Positions 9,145 through 20,734 of a DNA stretch of 64,000 bases are shown one piece after another. Both the position numbers and the translations under genes were made by a program. Source of the stretch: an uncultured bacterium. Its GTDB lineage: Bacteria > Patescibacteriota > Minisyncoccia > UBA6257 > 2-01-FULL-56-20. The notes under the pieces are model-generated. The model did no database searches and was not told where the DNA came from. It saw nothing but the letters and a program-made list of their open reading frames with translations. Location: NCBI GenBank assembly GCA_963705915.1, contig OY970126.1, positions 168,306-232,305 on the forward strand, given 5' to 3'. Within the stretch, counting starts at the first letter, position 1; every line of letters starts with the position of its first letter.

Positions 9145-11541
9145 ATGGGGTTTTATATATTTCTGTCTATGGTTGTAGCGGCAATCCTCGTCGTTGTGAT
9201 TTATTGTATTGTTCGCAGCATCTCGCGGGCGCGCATCGCGAATTCCCTTGGAACGTCAATTTTCCTCATTAAAATTCCGCGATCAGGATCGTCTACGAGC
9301 GGAACCGCTACCGCAGGGGGATCCGAGCATGCCGACTTTAAAGCCGAGCTCGCGCATTTCGAACAACTGCTTGGCGGCCTTACTTCCATAAAAAAACCGG
9401 TCACCTTTGAGATGGCGGTCCCGCACGTTGGCGAGGAAATCCATTTTTATATCGGTGTGCCAAAGCTATCGGCAGAAACTGCGGCAAAACAGATCCAGGG
9501 CCTTTGGAATGGCGCGAGCGTTGAGCTCGTGCAGGACGACTTTAATATTTTTAATGCGAATGGCGCGACGGCTGCAGCCTATCTTGCCCAAAAAGAAAAT
9601 TTTGCGTTACCGATAAAAACCTATGCCGAGCTTGGCCTCGATTCCTTCGAGTCAATCATCGGCGCCTTTTCAAAAGTGAACGAGGTAGGCGAGGGTGTTG
9701 CGCTTCAGATGCTCATCATGCCCGCTTCAAGCAGCACAAAAAAAAGCGTGCAGAGCTACATCAATCTTTTAAAGAAGGGGGAGCCGCTCAAAAAAGTTTT
9801 CGGCAAAGGTTTTCCGGTGAGCGCTTCGGATGTATCGGAGGTTTTTAATCCAAAAACAAAAGAAGAAAAGAAAGAAGAGCTTGTGGTTGATGAAGAAGCG
9901 ATCAAGGCCTTGCAGATGAAGATCGCAAAGCCGCTTTTCAATGTGAATCTTCGCTTGGTTGCTTCCGCGGGATCGCCATTCCAGGCGAATGATATTCTGG
10001 ACGGCCTCGCGGCCGGTTTTAGCCAGTTCGCGAGTCCGATGCGGAACGAGTTCAAAATCGTGAAACCGAGAAACCCAAGCGGCATTGTTAATAAATTTAT
10101 TTATCGCCTGTTCGACACAGGTGAGGCGATGATCCTTTCGGCAGAAGAAATCGCAAGTTTCTATCATTTCCCGATTTCATCCACGGAAACGCCGCACGTG
10201 AAGTGGTTGAAATCAAAGGAAGCGCCGCCGCCCGATAATCTTCCTGCGCAGGGATTGCCGATCGGCGAAAGCGTTTTTCGCGGCCAGTCGAAACCGGTAT
10301 ACATCACGGACGATGATCGGCGGAGGCACGTTTATGTTATCGGTCAAACCGGAACCGGCAAGTCGACGTTGCTTGGTAATATGATCATCGAGGACATCCG
10401 GGCCGGCAAAGGAGTTGCCATCGTTGATCCTCACGGTGACCTCGTGGAAAACGCGCTCGGATTTGTTCCGCGCGAGCGGCTTGATGACGTGATCTATTTC
10501 AATCCCGGCGACCTTTCACGTCCGCTCGGTTTAAATATGCTCGACTTCAATTATGATCGCCCCGAAGAAAAGACATTTATCGTCAACGAAATGCAAAGCA
10601 TTTTTAATAAATTGTTCCCGCCGGAAACGATGGGGCCTATGTTCGAGCAGTATATGCGCAACGCGCTTCTGCTTTTGATGGAAGATATGCAAAATGAACC
10701 GGCGACGCTCATGGAGGTGCCGCGCATCTTTACCGACACGGCGTATCGGCTTCGGAAACTCTCTCGCATCCATAATCCCGTGGTGATCGATTTTTGGGAA
10801 AAGGAGGCGGTAAAAGCCGGCGGCGAAGCATCGCTCGCGAATATGACACCGTATATCACCTCAAAGTTCAACAATTTTATTTCGAACGATTACATGCGCC
10901 CAATCATCGGCCAGCCGAAATCGGCATTCAATTTCCGCGACGTGATGGACAATAGCAAAATTTTGCTTATCAATCTTGCGAAAGGCCGGATCGGCGATAT
11001 CAACGCCGGCCTCCTTGGCATGGTCTTTACGGGGAAAATTCTCATGGCCGCGCTTTCCCGCGTGGATATTGCTGATGCCGACAAACGCCGCGACTTTAAC
11101 CTATATATAGATGAATTCCAGAACTTCACGACGGACTCCATTGCCACGATCCTTTCGGAAGCGCGCAAATATCGACTGAATCTCACGATGGCACATCAGT
11201 TTATCGCCCAGCTCACTGACAAAATCAAAGACGCTGTTTTTGGCAATGTCGGCTCGCAAGTCGTATTCCGGGTTGGCGTGCAGGATGCAGAGTTTCTTGT
11301 AAAACAATTTGAGCCAGTCTTCGATCAAAACGATCTGCTGAATATTGACAATCTGAACGCCTACGCAAAAATTCTGATCAACGGGCAGACTTCCAAGCCG
11401 TTCAATCTTCGCATTGCGACCACGTCATGGAACGGTGGCGATAAGCAACTTGCCGAGAAGCTCAAGGAATATTCGCGGACGAAGTATGGACAGGATCGCC
11501 AAGCTATCGAGGCCGACATTTATAAGCGGCTTCGGGAATAA
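9145..11541 (+). CDS. VirD4/TraD/HerA-like membrane ATPase (fused form)
   Basis: N-terminal TM; Walker A GQTGTGKS, DPHGD, Walker B LYIDEFQNF, SEARKY, AHQ. Confidence 0.85.
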   Translation: MGFYIFLSMVVAAILVVVIYCIVRSISRARIANSLGTSIFLIKIPRSGSSTSGTATAGGSEHADFKAELAHFEQLLGGLTSIKKPVTFEMAVPHVGEEIHFYIGVPKLSAETAAKQIQGLWNGASVELVQDDFNIFNANGATAAAYLAQKENFALPIKTYAELGLDSFESIIGAFSKVNEVGEGVALQMLIMPASSSTKKSVQSYINLLKKGEPLKKVFGKGFPVSASDVSEVFNPKTKEEKKEELVVDEEAIKALQMKIAKPLFNVNLRLVASAGSPFQANDILDGLAAGFSQFASPMRNEFKIVKPRNPSGIVNKFIYRLFDTGEAMILSAEEIASFYHFPISSTETPHVKWLKSKEAPPPDNLPAQGLPIGESVFRGQSKPVYITDDDRRRHVYVIGQTGTGKSTLLGNMIIEDIRAGKGVAIVDPHGDLVENALGFVPRERLDDVIYFNPGDLSRPLGLNMLDFNYDRPEEKTFIVNEMQSIFNKLFPPETMGPMFEQYMRNALLLLMEDMQNEPATLMEVPRIFTDTAYRLRKLSRIHNPVVIDFWEKEAVKAGGEASLANMTPYITSKFNNFISNDYMRPIIGQPKSAFNFRDVMDNSKILLINLAKGRIGDINAGLLGMVFTGKILMAALSRVDIADADKRRDFNLYIDEFQNFTTDSIATILSEARKYRLNLTMAHQFIAQLTDKIKDAVFGNVGSQVVFRVGVQDAEFLVKQFEPVFDQNDLLNIDNLNAYAKILINGQTSKPFNLRIATTSWNGGDKQLAEKLKEYSRTKYGQDRQAIEADIYKRLRE

Positions 11542-11574
11542 GGATTTCGAAGTCGGCGTGGTAAAATAAACGAT

Positions 11575-12708
11575 ATGATTCGCTTTTTGAGTAAAACAAA
11601 ACCCCGAGATATTCGTGGTACGGCTTTATTGCGGCTTGATTTTAACACTGAAGATGATTGGCGGATGCGTGCCGTGCTCCCGACGATTACGTTTTTGTTG
11701 GAACATGGCTGTCGCATTGTTATCGCGAGTCATAAAGGACGCCCGCACGGCTTCGAGAAGAAATATAGTTTGAAAAAAAACGCGGTGCATCTCACGAAAC
11801 TTCTCGGAAAGAAAAGCATTGCCGGTGGCCAGGTTCACTTTGTTCCGCACTTTCGTTTTGGCGAGATAAAGAAAGAAATTGCCACCGCGCCAGAGCGATC
11901 AATTTTCCTTTTGGAGAATTTGCGTTTTATGCCCGGCGAAGAAAAAAATGATCAAAAATTTGCAAAGCAGCTTGCATCACTCGCGGATTTTTATGTGAAC
12001 GACGCTTTTGCGGTATGTCACCGGGCAAATGCCTCCGTGGTTGCCGTCACGAAGCACTTGCCGAGTTATGCAGGGTTCGAACTTGAAAAGGAAATTATTT
12101 CGCTTGGGAAAATCATGGACAATCCTAGCCGTCCACTGACCTTGATCCTTGGAGGCGTGAAAGCCGAAGACAAGCTTGGTGTTGTAACGTTTTTTAAAAA
12201 GAAAGCTGATTGGTTTTTGCTTGGTGGCGGCCCCGCTAATACGATTTTAAAATTACGCGGCATGGACGTAAAAAGATCAATCGTCGACGAGAGTCCCAAG
12301 AGTAATACAGCGTTAAAAAAGATCATCAGCGTTCAACGAGCGGCGCAGCAGATAGTCGTGCCTATTGATTTTGTGTGGCGCGCCGGCGCAATTCTTGATT
12401 TTGGACCGAAGACCGTGGCGGCATTTGCAAAAAAGATTGCGAAAACAAAGACACTGTTATGGAGCGGACCGCTCGGGCTTATCGAAGAAAAAAAATATGC
12501 GAAAGGAAGTGTCCGCATAGCGCGTGCCGTCATAAAAAATAAAAAAATATTCAGCATCGCTGGCGGCGGGGAGACGGTTATGTTCTTAAAGCAATATCAT
12601 CTTGATAAAAAATTCAGCTTTATCTCGACGGGCGGGGGAGCCATGCTTGATTTTTTGGCTCACAAGCCGCTACCGGGGCTTGAGGCGCTTAAATTTGGAA
12701 AACAATAA
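11575..12708 (+). CDS. pgk: Phosphoglycerate kinase
   Basis: RLDFN, SHKGRP, LLENLRF, VNDAF, AGGGET, ISTGGGA. Confidence 0.95.
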   Translation: MIRFLSKTKPRDIRGTALLRLDFNTEDDWRMRAVLPTITFLLEHGCRIVIASHKGRPHGFEKKYSLKKNAVHLTKLLGKKSIAGGQVHFVPHFRFGEIKKEIATAPERSIFLLENLRFMPGEEKNDQKFAKQLASLADFYVNDAFAVCHRANASVVAVTKHLPSYAGFELEKEIISLGKIMDNPSRPLTLILGGVKAEDKLGVVTFFKKKADWFLLGGGPANTILKLRGMDVKRSIVDESPKSNTALKKIISVQRAAQQIVVPIDFVWRAGAILDFGPKTVAAFAKKIAKTKTLLWSGPLGLIEEKKYAKGSVRIARAVIKNKKIFSIAGGGETVMFLKQYHLDKKFSFISTGGGAMLDFLAHKPLPGLEALKFGKQ

Positions 12709-12902
12709 TCAAAAACCCGGTAAGGCTGAAAATGCCTGTGATAAACGGGAATGTTTAGCAAGATTTTTTGTGGGACCACGAACGGAGCCGCTCTATAAGG
12801 CTCGTTTTTCCACAGTTTTTCCTTCCGTTAGGATGATTTCGAGGGTATCATTATACATGAAACATTGCAGCGCTTGTTCCTGGCTGGAGTTCGCTCAAGA
12901 AT

Positions 12903-15900
12903 ATGTCCGTAAGAAATTACGCAAGCGCGGTTACTGCGACATTACTCGCCTCCGTTTTATTATGTAATATTCTGAACGTCGCTCAAGCGACGACGTATAC
13001 ATTTACTCAAAATAATTGGACGGGCGGAGCAACTTCAAATACCGCTCTGCATCCTGGAAACGAAAATGGTTGGACGCAGTATCAGAGCTCCACTGGAATC
13101 GCAGTGTCTTCAACTATTCAACTCGGCACTACGAGTGCTTCGATCTATCAAACTTCGAATACCGATTTTAACGCGGGAACATTTGCGAGTACAACGGTGA
13201 CGGGAAGCGGCGCGGCGGCGAGTGTTGTGCTCGCCACGGGTTCAAGTGTTGTGACGACAACGTCATATGCATACACCGGTGCGACATCTACGTTCATTGT
13301 TCCTGGCGGTGTGACGAGTATAACCATACACGCCGTGGGAGCCGGCGGCGGAATTTCCGGAAGTTTTAATGCTGGATCCGGTGGGTCGAGTACGGGAACA
13401 TTATCCGTAACGCCTGGTGCAACATATTACTTTGTGGTTGGCGGAACTGGTGCCTCGGGCAGTAACACAGAAGCGGGCGGCTTTGGTGGCGGTGGTACTG
13501 GTTATTATGGTGGCGGTGGCGGTGGTATGACCTGGTTTGGTGCAGCAAATATTTTTGGAACGACAACGTCTACTTCTCAGGTTATTATCGTTGCCGGCGG
13601 CGGCGGTGGTGGTTCAAGTTGCCCTGGCGGTACTGGCGGAGGGAGCAGTGGTTCGACTGCAAGTATGACTGGTTGCACAAGTGATTCGGGCGGCACTGGT
13701 GCCGGTGGCGGAACGCAGTCAGCCGGCGGTGTCGGTGCCTACGCCAATTATACGCAGTACAGCGGCGCTAGCGGAACATTCGGTCACGGTGGGAATGGTT
13801 GGTACGTTAATGCCACCAATTTTGGTGGTGCGGGCGGCGGCGGCGGTTATTTCGGCGGCGGCGGAGGATCCACCGATCAATACGCTTGGAACACTGGCGG
13901 CGGCGGCGGATCAGGATTCGTATCGAGCACGCTCAGTGCGGCAACGACGACGCAAGGAACTGGGGCGCCATATCAAACAAACGGATCGTTATCAATTTCT
14001 TATAGTCAAGTTACCTATGTTTCTTCGGGGACGTTCACGTCCGCTCCGCTCAATGCCTCGAATCAAAATTGGAACACGATCTCATGGGATAATAGCGGCG
14101 GTCAAACGATTACCATGAAAGCTCGGTCTGCAAATAATGCGTCGATGACGGGCGCCTTACCGTGGACATCGTGCAGTGCAATCGTGAGCGGTGGTTCTCT
14201 TACCGGCGGAGGATGCGTGAATAATGGCGATGCATATATCCAATATCAAGCGACTCTTTCGACGTCCAATAACGCGCAAAGCCCTTCGCTTGACGATGTG
14301 ACAATAGCCTACACCGGCGTCTCTACGAGCGGCAATCTCGTCTCGTCGCCGTATGACAGCGGCTCGTCTGGTAATGCGATAGGATCGCTTGCGTGGACAG
14401 AAGGTGCGATTCCGGCAAGTACGACGGCCACCATTTCTCTCCGGACGGCTTCCACTTCGGCGTTGCTCGTTTCTTCTCCGTGGACTAATCTCACCGATAA
14501 CACCGCAAACTGTACCAACGTGAGCGGGACGGTCACGTGCAGCAACGCAGCACTCCCTTCGTCGATGCAAAGCGGCAGTGCCAACGAGTGGTTTCAATAC
14601 GAAGTCGCGCTCACAACTTCAAACGCGAGTACGCCGACGATCTCTTCTGTGGTTGTGCAGTACGTCGTAAATTCACCTCCGCAATTCAATCCAGCCATCG
14701 GAGGCGGCACGGGTGTGGCTGCTTCGGAACTTAACGGAACGTCTTCGAGTGCCGGGTGGGTCCAATTCCAATTTTCAGCGCTGGACTCCGACGCCAATAC
14801 CGATGGCAGCTATGGCGGTCATGCCACATCCACGGTGACGCCAAGTTATCAGTATTCATTGAATGGCGGCGCAACCTGGAACCCGATGAATACGTTCATC
14901 ACGCCGAATGCGACATCGGACATCACGATGGCGACCGGCACATGGTCGCCGACGTCCACAATAATATGGAATGCGAAAGCGGATGTCGGGTCGCAATATG
15001 TAACAAACGCAGAGATCAGCGTGACCTTGAACGACCATCAGCCTGCCAACAATACAGCAACCGCGACGAGCGCCGCATTCGCGCTCGACACGCAAGCCCC
15101 GGTTGTGAATTCGCTCACAATGGACGCTAGTGCGCAAACTATCAGCTTCAATTTTTCGGACAATTCCAATTTTTATTATCGCGTGTCGGGTTCTCCGTTT
15201 ACAACATCCACGCCGACATCGAGCCTGCCGTTTGTAAACGTCGGCGGTACTGCCACGACCACATCTGGCTTCCCGCTTGTGTTCGCCTCCACAAGCACTC
15301 CTGTGGTCTATACGGAGTTGGAAGATGTGTACGGTAATGACTTATATCAGATATCGAATGGCCCCGTGGTGCCCACGGGATTTGCCGTTAAGGATGTTTC
15401 AAACAAACAAGCCGGCAAATATCAAGCCTATCTTTCGTGGTCGACGAGTACCATTCCAAACTTCAAACAATACGACGTGTTTCGTTCGACGGGCGGATCG
15501 TTTTCGTCGATAGCGACCGTGACGCCGTCAAGCACGACGTCATATGTCGACACGGGGCTTTCCTCGACGACGGTTTACTATTATAAGATTCGTGTTGAGG
15601 ATACGAACGGGAATATTTCAGCATTCACGCCGCAAGTTTTTATCACGCCGACCGGCAACGGTGGTGGTCCGGCGATTTCTTCTGTGGCTTCAAATCCGAG
15701 CGACACGAGCGCGGTTGTCACATGGAACACCAATATTTTGCCGCAAGCTTCATATGTGTATTGGTCGCTATCTCCCGTGATGGCGGCTCCGGTTTCGATT
15801 GTCGCCGCGGTGGCAACGTCGGGCCCTCCGTTTGTGAATACCGCAACCCTCACGAATCTCGTTCCGGCCGACACCTATTACTTCTACGTGCAGTCGACCG

Positions 15901-18900
15901 ATGCACAGGGGGATACCACGATCGACAACAATAATGGTCTTTACTATAGCTTCCAGGCGACCAATAGCCACCCCCCAGTCATTTCCAATATACAACTCAC
16001 GCCATCGCAAAATTCTGCGGACATCCGGTGGCAGACCGACAAACCAACAAATTCAGCGGTCTATTACGGCACTGCGGCGGGAAGCGAGACAAATTCGGTT
16101 TCGAGCACGATGTCGCTCACCACGACACCGGAAGTCCTTTTGAATAACCTGCAGGCATCGACGACGTACTATTATTATCTCTATTCGAGCGACTCATTGA
16201 ATCATGTGGCGACGACATCGGAATCCTATTTTGTCACTTCACAATTCGGGCCAGTTATTTCCGGCGTGACGACTACGAAGATCGGTTCGACGAGTGCAAC
16301 AATTACGTGGTCAACCAGCAAAGTCGCCAACTCGAACGTCTATTATTCCACGTCGACGAATGCCTCATCGTTTACCGGCATCCAATTATCCGACGCTTCA
16401 ACCACGCACGCCGTTCCAATCACGGGACTCGCTCCTTTGGCGACCTACTATTATTACGTGCAAGCTGTCGACTCATATGGGAACGTGACGACGGATAAAA
16501 ACGGCGGAGCGTACTATTCATTTACGACGGCAGCCGATACCGTTCCTCCGGTTATTTCGAATATAACAACGCCGACCCTTGGCCAGACCGTTGCGACTGT
16601 GGCGTGGAACACCGACAAGGCCGCGACTTCCCGCGTTCTTTACGGAACAACAAGCGGCGTCTATACCGCGTCGACCACGCTCGATCCGACGCTCGTCACG
16701 TCTCATGCCGTATCGCTTACTGGCCTTGCCGCGGCAACCAAATATTACTTTGTCGCGGCTTCCGTCGACCAATATGGCAATAGCGCCACATCAACCGAAC
16801 AATCGTTTACGACGCTCACGCTTCCAGGCCCCGAGATCACGGCGGTTGAGGCCGTGAACACAAATGATTTTGGCGCGACCATCACATGGACCACTGATAC
16901 CAATTCCGATTCACATGTCTATTATTCCACGGCGACATCTTCATTTACGTTTTCCTCGGGTAGCAGCAATTTTGTCGGCGGTTCTGCGCCTTATGCTCAT
17001 TCCGTGACGATCGCAAATCTTGCACCTGGAACAACCTATTATTTTTATGTTCAATCCACCGACCTAAACAACAACACCACGATTAATAAAAATGGGGGAG
17101 CGTATTATGCATTCGCCACCACGAACACCGCAAACCCGACAGTAACCGATATCCAGGCGACGTCAATTACGAGTTCAAGCGCGCTCATCGGTTGGACAAC
17201 CGACAAGCAAGCCAACTCGCAGGTGCTCTATGGCCTTACGTCGGGGAACTATGCTTCCTCGACGTCGGTGTACGATAATGCACCGCGTGTTACAAACCAC
17301 AATGTCGCGCTTTCCGGTCTTGCACCCGATACTATCTACTATTACGTCGTGACGTCAGTCGATTCTGCCGGGAACACAGCGCAATCATCCGAAAATAGTT
17401 TTACAACCGTTGCCCCTGCCGGACCGCAAATTTCCAGCGTGACCGTTGCGAGCGCCTCTGACTACAATGCGACCATCACGTGGACAACCAACACCGATTC
17501 CGATTCGCATGTGTATTATGCAAATAGCACGTCTTCGTTCTCACTTTCGTCGGGGAGCGGCAATCTGGTGGGCGGAGTAGCACCATACGAACATTCGGTC
17601 ACCGTTACAAATCTAACGCCATCGACCACGTATTATTTCTACGTGCAGTCGGTCGACGCTTACAATAATGCTTCTATCGATAAAAATGATGGTGCCTATT
17701 ACTCATTTGTGAGCACGAATGTCGCCCAGCCGGTACTCTCGAATGTTTCGGTGGTGGTGCAGGATCAATATTCTGCGGGGATCACCTGGTCTACCGATAA
17801 GCTTTCGAACTCGCAGGTGTTCTATGGCACGTCGACTGGCATGTATACGGCCTCGACGTCAATAACCGATCTTGGTCTTGTCACGTCGCCGCACTCCTTG
17901 GCGATCACCGGACTCGTGCCCGCGACCACATATTATTTCATGGCGCAGTCGGTGGATGCAGGAGGCAACGTTGGCACGTCGTCAGAACATACCTTTAGGA
18001 CGCTTTCGCTCCTCGGTCCCACAATTACCAATGTTTCCACAACGCCATTCGATGTGACGGCGAATGTGAGTTGGGATACCGATGTCGATGCTGACTCATT
18101 TGTGTTTTACGGAACGTCGACGCAGGCGCTCGCTTCGTCCACGGGGTCGTCGCTATTCATCGGCGGCTCTGCGCCGTTTTATCATGAGGTGACGTTATCC
18201 GGCCTTGCGCCGCAGACCACATATTATTTCTACGTGCAATCCACCGATGCGTCGGGCAACATAGCCTCGACTCAGGCCAATGGCCTTCAGGCATTCACGA
18301 CGAGTGCGCCGGTGTTCTCGAATGTCACGTCGACATACATCGGGGATACGGAAGCAATCATCAACTGGCAAACGACAATGGATTCGGACTCTTTTGTTGA
18401 GTATTTTCAGCCGTTGGGCAGCGGATCAAGTATTGTGGGCGTTGGAACGTCAACGTTGGTCGGCGGTTCTGCGCCGTTCCAACACTCAGTTGAGATTGAC
18501 GGCTTGAACCCCGGCACTACGTATGACTATTATCTCGAATCCGACGACGCGAGTGGCAATGTCCATGTCGACAATAATTTCAACACGTATTACACGTTCA
18601 CAACCACCGATCATCGGCCGCCCGCAATCTCTGATGTTTCAGTGCCAATTGTAAACGCCTCATCCGCGATTATTGTTTGGTCCACCGACCGGCCCGCGAC
18701 GAGTCAGGTGAATTACGGATTGGCGTCGGGCGTCTATACCTCAAGCACCGATCAAGATCCAACACTCAGCGAGTATCACGCCGTGACAATCTCCGGCCTT
18801 GCGGCGTCGACCACCTATTATTTCCAGGCAGTGTCGGATTCAAGTGTTGGGAGCGAGGGGATATCTGGGGATGATTCATTCTCAACGCTCTCCACGGGGG

Positions 18901-20291
18901 AGAATGAAGTAATCTACGTCGGCTCCGGCGAGCCGGCGCCAGTCACCCGAACCACGCCGCCGCAAATTTCAGAGATTACGGCAACAACTACGCCGTTCAA
19001 TGCGATCGTGAATTTCGTGACCGACGAACCGGCGCTCGGTTTTGTGGAATACGGGTCGAGCACGGATTACACCTCTGCCTCGGCCGACGGAGCGTTCAAT
19101 AAAATACATAGCATCACGATACAAGGTCTCATTATGGGAACGACGTATCATTTTGACGTGAAGGCAATCGACCAATTTGGCAATACGGCGACATCGTCTG
19201 ATATGACATTCACGACGCAATATCTTACCGAGGCCACCTTGCCGGCGTCGACGACCTTTGCAAACGCGTACGAATTTCAGCAGGAAATCGAAAACAGCAT
19301 CGCGTCTGCTTTGCCGAGTCTCGTGCCGCCGTTCTTGGGTACGCCTATCGTTTCTGATATTGGAGAAAATGGCGCAACGGTCACGTGGACTACTAACATC
19401 AAGTCATATTCTGTGGTGTACTACGCGACCGATGTAGATTACAACGCAACTTCCTCAAATGGTAATCCATATACGGCGCAGACTTCAGATGTAAACAATA
19501 AGTCGACCGACCACTCGATTGCGCTCACCGGGCTTGCGCCGAATACGCTGTATCACATTATGGCGGAATCATTCAGCCTTCCGGGCGTATTCGGCAAGAG
19601 CGCTGACATCACCTTTACAACCGCAGCTGCGAAAGTAGTGCCGCAGATTTCCAATATCACGCCGACAGGCTTCCAGGTTTCATGGACGACCGACCCGCTT
19701 ACCAATTCAATCGTTGAGTACACGGATTCGAAGACTGGTCTTACGCAGACAATTACCGACGACTCGCTCGTCACCGTACATAGTGTGACCGTGCAGAACC
19801 TCACGCCTGGAACGAATTATGCTGTAAATGTTTCGGGTGACACTGCAGGCGGCAATGTCGTTGCCGCTGCAAGCCCGATTGCCGTAAAGACCACGCGGGA
19901 TACCACGCCGCCGGTCATTTCAAACATCAAGATCCAGACGATCATTGACCCTCAAACACCGACGGTCGCGCAGGCGATCGTGGGTTGGGACACCGACAAA
20001 CCGGCGAATTCCGTGATAAACTATGACCAAGGCGTTGGCGGGGTGACGTCAACGTTCTCCCATAGTATCCAGGACCTCACAAGTTTCGTCACGGCTCACG
20101 TGGTCATCATCCCGAACCTGGCTCCCGGGTCGGTCTATCGCGTTCAGATCGTTTCGACCGATGAGGCCTCAAATACCACGAGCTATCCGCCGCAAACCAT
20201 CATTGTTTCACAGCAGTCCCAGTCCATCCTCGACGTCATTCTCAACAACTTCGAAAATACATTCCAATTCTTGCAGAATATACAGAAATAA
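12903..20291 (+). CDS. Giant secreted surface protein: Gly-rich domain plus about 16 FN3-like modules
   Basis: Signal peptide; GGG-rich block; repeated PxIS..V...A.ITW.T...YYF.V.S.D units; Ser/Thr-rich. Confidence 0.9.
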   Translation: MSVRNYASAVTATLLASVLLCNILNVAQATTYTFTQNNWTGGATSNTALHPGNENGWTQYQSSTGIAVSSTIQLGTTSASIYQTSNTDFNAGTFASTTVTGSGAAASVVLATGSSVVTTTSYAYTGATSTFIVPGGVTSITIHAVGAGGGISGSFNAGSGGSSTGTLSVTPGATYYFVVGGTGASGSNTEAGGFGGGGTGYYGGGGGGMTWFGAANIFGTTTSTSQVIIVAGGGGGGSSCPGGTGGGSSGSTASMTGCTSDSGGTGAGGGTQSAGGVGAYANYTQYSGASGTFGHGGNGWYVNATNFGGAGGGGGYFGGGGGSTDQYAWNTGGGGGSGFVSSTLSAATTTQGTGAPYQTNGSLSISYSQVTYVSSGTFTSAPLNASNQNWNTISWDNSGGQTITMKARSANNASMTGALPWTSCSAIVSGGSLTGGGCVNNGDAYIQYQATLSTSNNAQSPSLDDVTIAYTGVSTSGNLVSSPYDSGSSGNAIGSLAWTEGAIPASTTATISLRTASTSALLVSSPWTNLTDNTANCTNVSGTVTCSNAALPSSMQSGSANEWFQYEVALTTSNASTPTISSVVVQYVVNSPPQFNPAIGGGTGVAASELNGTSSSAGWVQFQFSALDSDANTDGSYGGHATSTVTPSYQYSLNGGATWNPMNTFITPNATSDITMATGTWSPTSTIIWNAKADVGSQYVTNAEISVTLNDHQPANNTATATSAAFALDTQAPVVNSLTMDASAQTISFNFSDNSNFYYRVSGSPFTTSTPTSSLPFVNVGGTATTTSGFPLVFASTSTPVVYTELEDVYGNDLYQISNGPVVPTGFAVKDVSNKQAGKYQAYLSWSTSTIPNFKQYDVFRSTGGSFSSIATVTPSSTTSYVDTGLSSTTVYYYKIRVEDTNGNISAFTPQVFITPTGNGGGPAISSVASNPSDTSAVVTWNTNILPQASYVYWSLSPVMAAPVSIVAAVATSGPPFVNTATLTNLVPADTYYFYVQSTDAQGDTTIDNNNGLYYSFQATNSHPPVISNIQLTPSQNSADIRWQTDKPTNSAVYYGTAAGSETNSVSSTMSLTTTPEVLLNNLQASTTYYYYLYSSDSLNHVATTSESYFVTSQFGPVISGVTTTKIGSTSATITWSTSKVANSNVYYSTSTNASSFTGIQLSDASTTHAVPITGLAPLATYYYYVQAVDSYGNVTTDKNGGAYYSFTTAADTVPPVISNITTPTLGQTVATVAWNTDKAATSRVLYGTTSGVYTASTTLDPTLVTSHAVSLTGLAAATKYYFVAASVDQYGNSATSTEQSFTTLTLPGPEITAVEAVNTNDFGATITWTTDTNSDSHVYYSTATSSFTFSSGSSNFVGGSAPYAHSVTIANLAPGTTYYFYVQSTDLNNNTTINKNGGAYYAFATTNTANPTVTDIQATSITSSSALIGWTTDKQANSQVLYGLTSGNYASSTSVYDNAPRVTNHNVALSGLAPDTIYYYVVTSVDSAGNTAQSSENSFTTVAPAGPQISSVTVASASDYNATITWTTNTDSDSHVYYANSTSSFSLSSGSGNLVGGVAPYEHSVTVTNLTPSTTYYFYVQSVDAYNNASIDKNDGAYYSFVSTNVAQPVLSNVSVVVQDQYSAGITWSTDKLSNSQVFYGTSTGMYTASTSITDLGLVTSPHSLAITGLVPATTYYFMAQSVDAGGNVGTSSEHTFRTLSLLGPTITNVSTTPFDVTANVSWDTDVDADSFVFYGTSTQALASSTGSSLFIGGSAPFYHEVTLSGLAPQTTYYFYVQSTDASGNIASTQANGLQAFTTSAPVFSNVTSTYIGDTEAIINWQTTMDSDSFVEYFQPLGSGSSIVGVGTSTLVGGSAPFQHSVEIDGLNPGTTYDYYLESDDASGNVHVDNNFNTYYTFTTTDHRPPAISDVSVPIVNASSAIIVWSTDRPATSQVNYGLASGVYTSSTDQDPTLSEYHAVTISGLAASTTYYFQAVSDSSVGSEGISGDDSFSTLSTGENEVIYVGSGEPAPVTRTTPPQISEITATTTPFNAIVNFVTDEPALGFVEYGSSTDYTSASADGAFNKIHSITIQGLIMGTTYHFDVKAIDQFGNTATSSDMTFTTQYLTEATLPASTTFANAYEFQQEIENSIASALPSLVPPFLGTPIVSDIGENGATVTWTTNIKSYSVVYYATDVDYNATSSNGNPYTAQTSDVNNKSTDHSIALTGLAPNTLYHIMAESFSLPGVFGKSADITFTTAAAKVVPQISNITPTGFQVSWTTDPLTNSIVEYTDSKTGLTQTITDDSLVTVHSVTVQNLTPGTNYAVNVSGDTAGGNVVAAASPIAVKTTRDTTPPVISNIKIQTIIDPQTPTVAQAIVGWDTDKPANSVINYDQGVGGVTSTFSHSIQDLTSFVTAHVVIIPNLAPGSVYRVQIVSTDEASNTTSYPPQTIIVSQQSQSILDVILNNFENTFQFLQNIQK

Positions 20292-20734
20292 TGGCCGATG
20301 AAAAAAAGATCAAAGTACTGCTGGTAGACGACGAAGAGATCATTCGTATTTATTTTCACGACATCTTTTGGATTTACGGTTTCGAAAATCGCTGCGACCT
20401 TGCCATGGCGGTCAATTTGGATGACGCGGAAAAAATAGTAGCCGACCCAGAGACGCGGCCGGATGTCATTTTCCTGGACCTCACGCTACCGAAGAAAGTC
20501 GACGAACGGACGCTGATTGATCCAGAATTCAGCTTTCAGTTCCTTGAAAAGATAAAAAAAGATCCGGAGACGAAGCGTATCAAGGTGGTAATTTTTTCGG
20601 GGCACGCCGACAAGGAATTTCAAGATGAGGCGAAGGCCAAGGGCGCAGACGGTTACGTTCACAAAGAACAAAGCTTGCCAAAAGATTTGGTCGACGCCAT
20701 CAATAATGTTCTTGGCAGTATGCTGCATTCATGA
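20291..20734 (+). CDS. Single-domain response regulator
   Basis: VLLVDD, FLDLTLP, FSG, YVHK; TAATG overlap with the surface-protein gene. Confidence 0.85.
   Translation: MADEKKIKVLLVDDEEIIRIYFHDIFWIYGFENRCDLAMAVNLDDAEKIVADPETRPDVIFLDLTLPKKVDERTLIDPEFSFQFLEKIKKDPETKRIKVVIFSGHADKEFQDEAKAKGADGYVHKEQSLPKDLVDAINNVLGSMLHS

Noticed and set aside
12720-12900. Possible oriC (TTTTCCACA near 12806)
   Set aside because: Single imperfect DnaA box, no cluster and no dnaA nearby.
13330-13920. GGC-rich tract as a DNA repeat or contingency locus
   Set aside because: Explained by glycine codons of the surface protein; no perfect tandem unit.
15660-20200. FN3 repeats as diversity-generating retroelement template and variable repeats
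   Set aside because: Repeats are diverged at all bases, and no reverse transcriptase is in the window.
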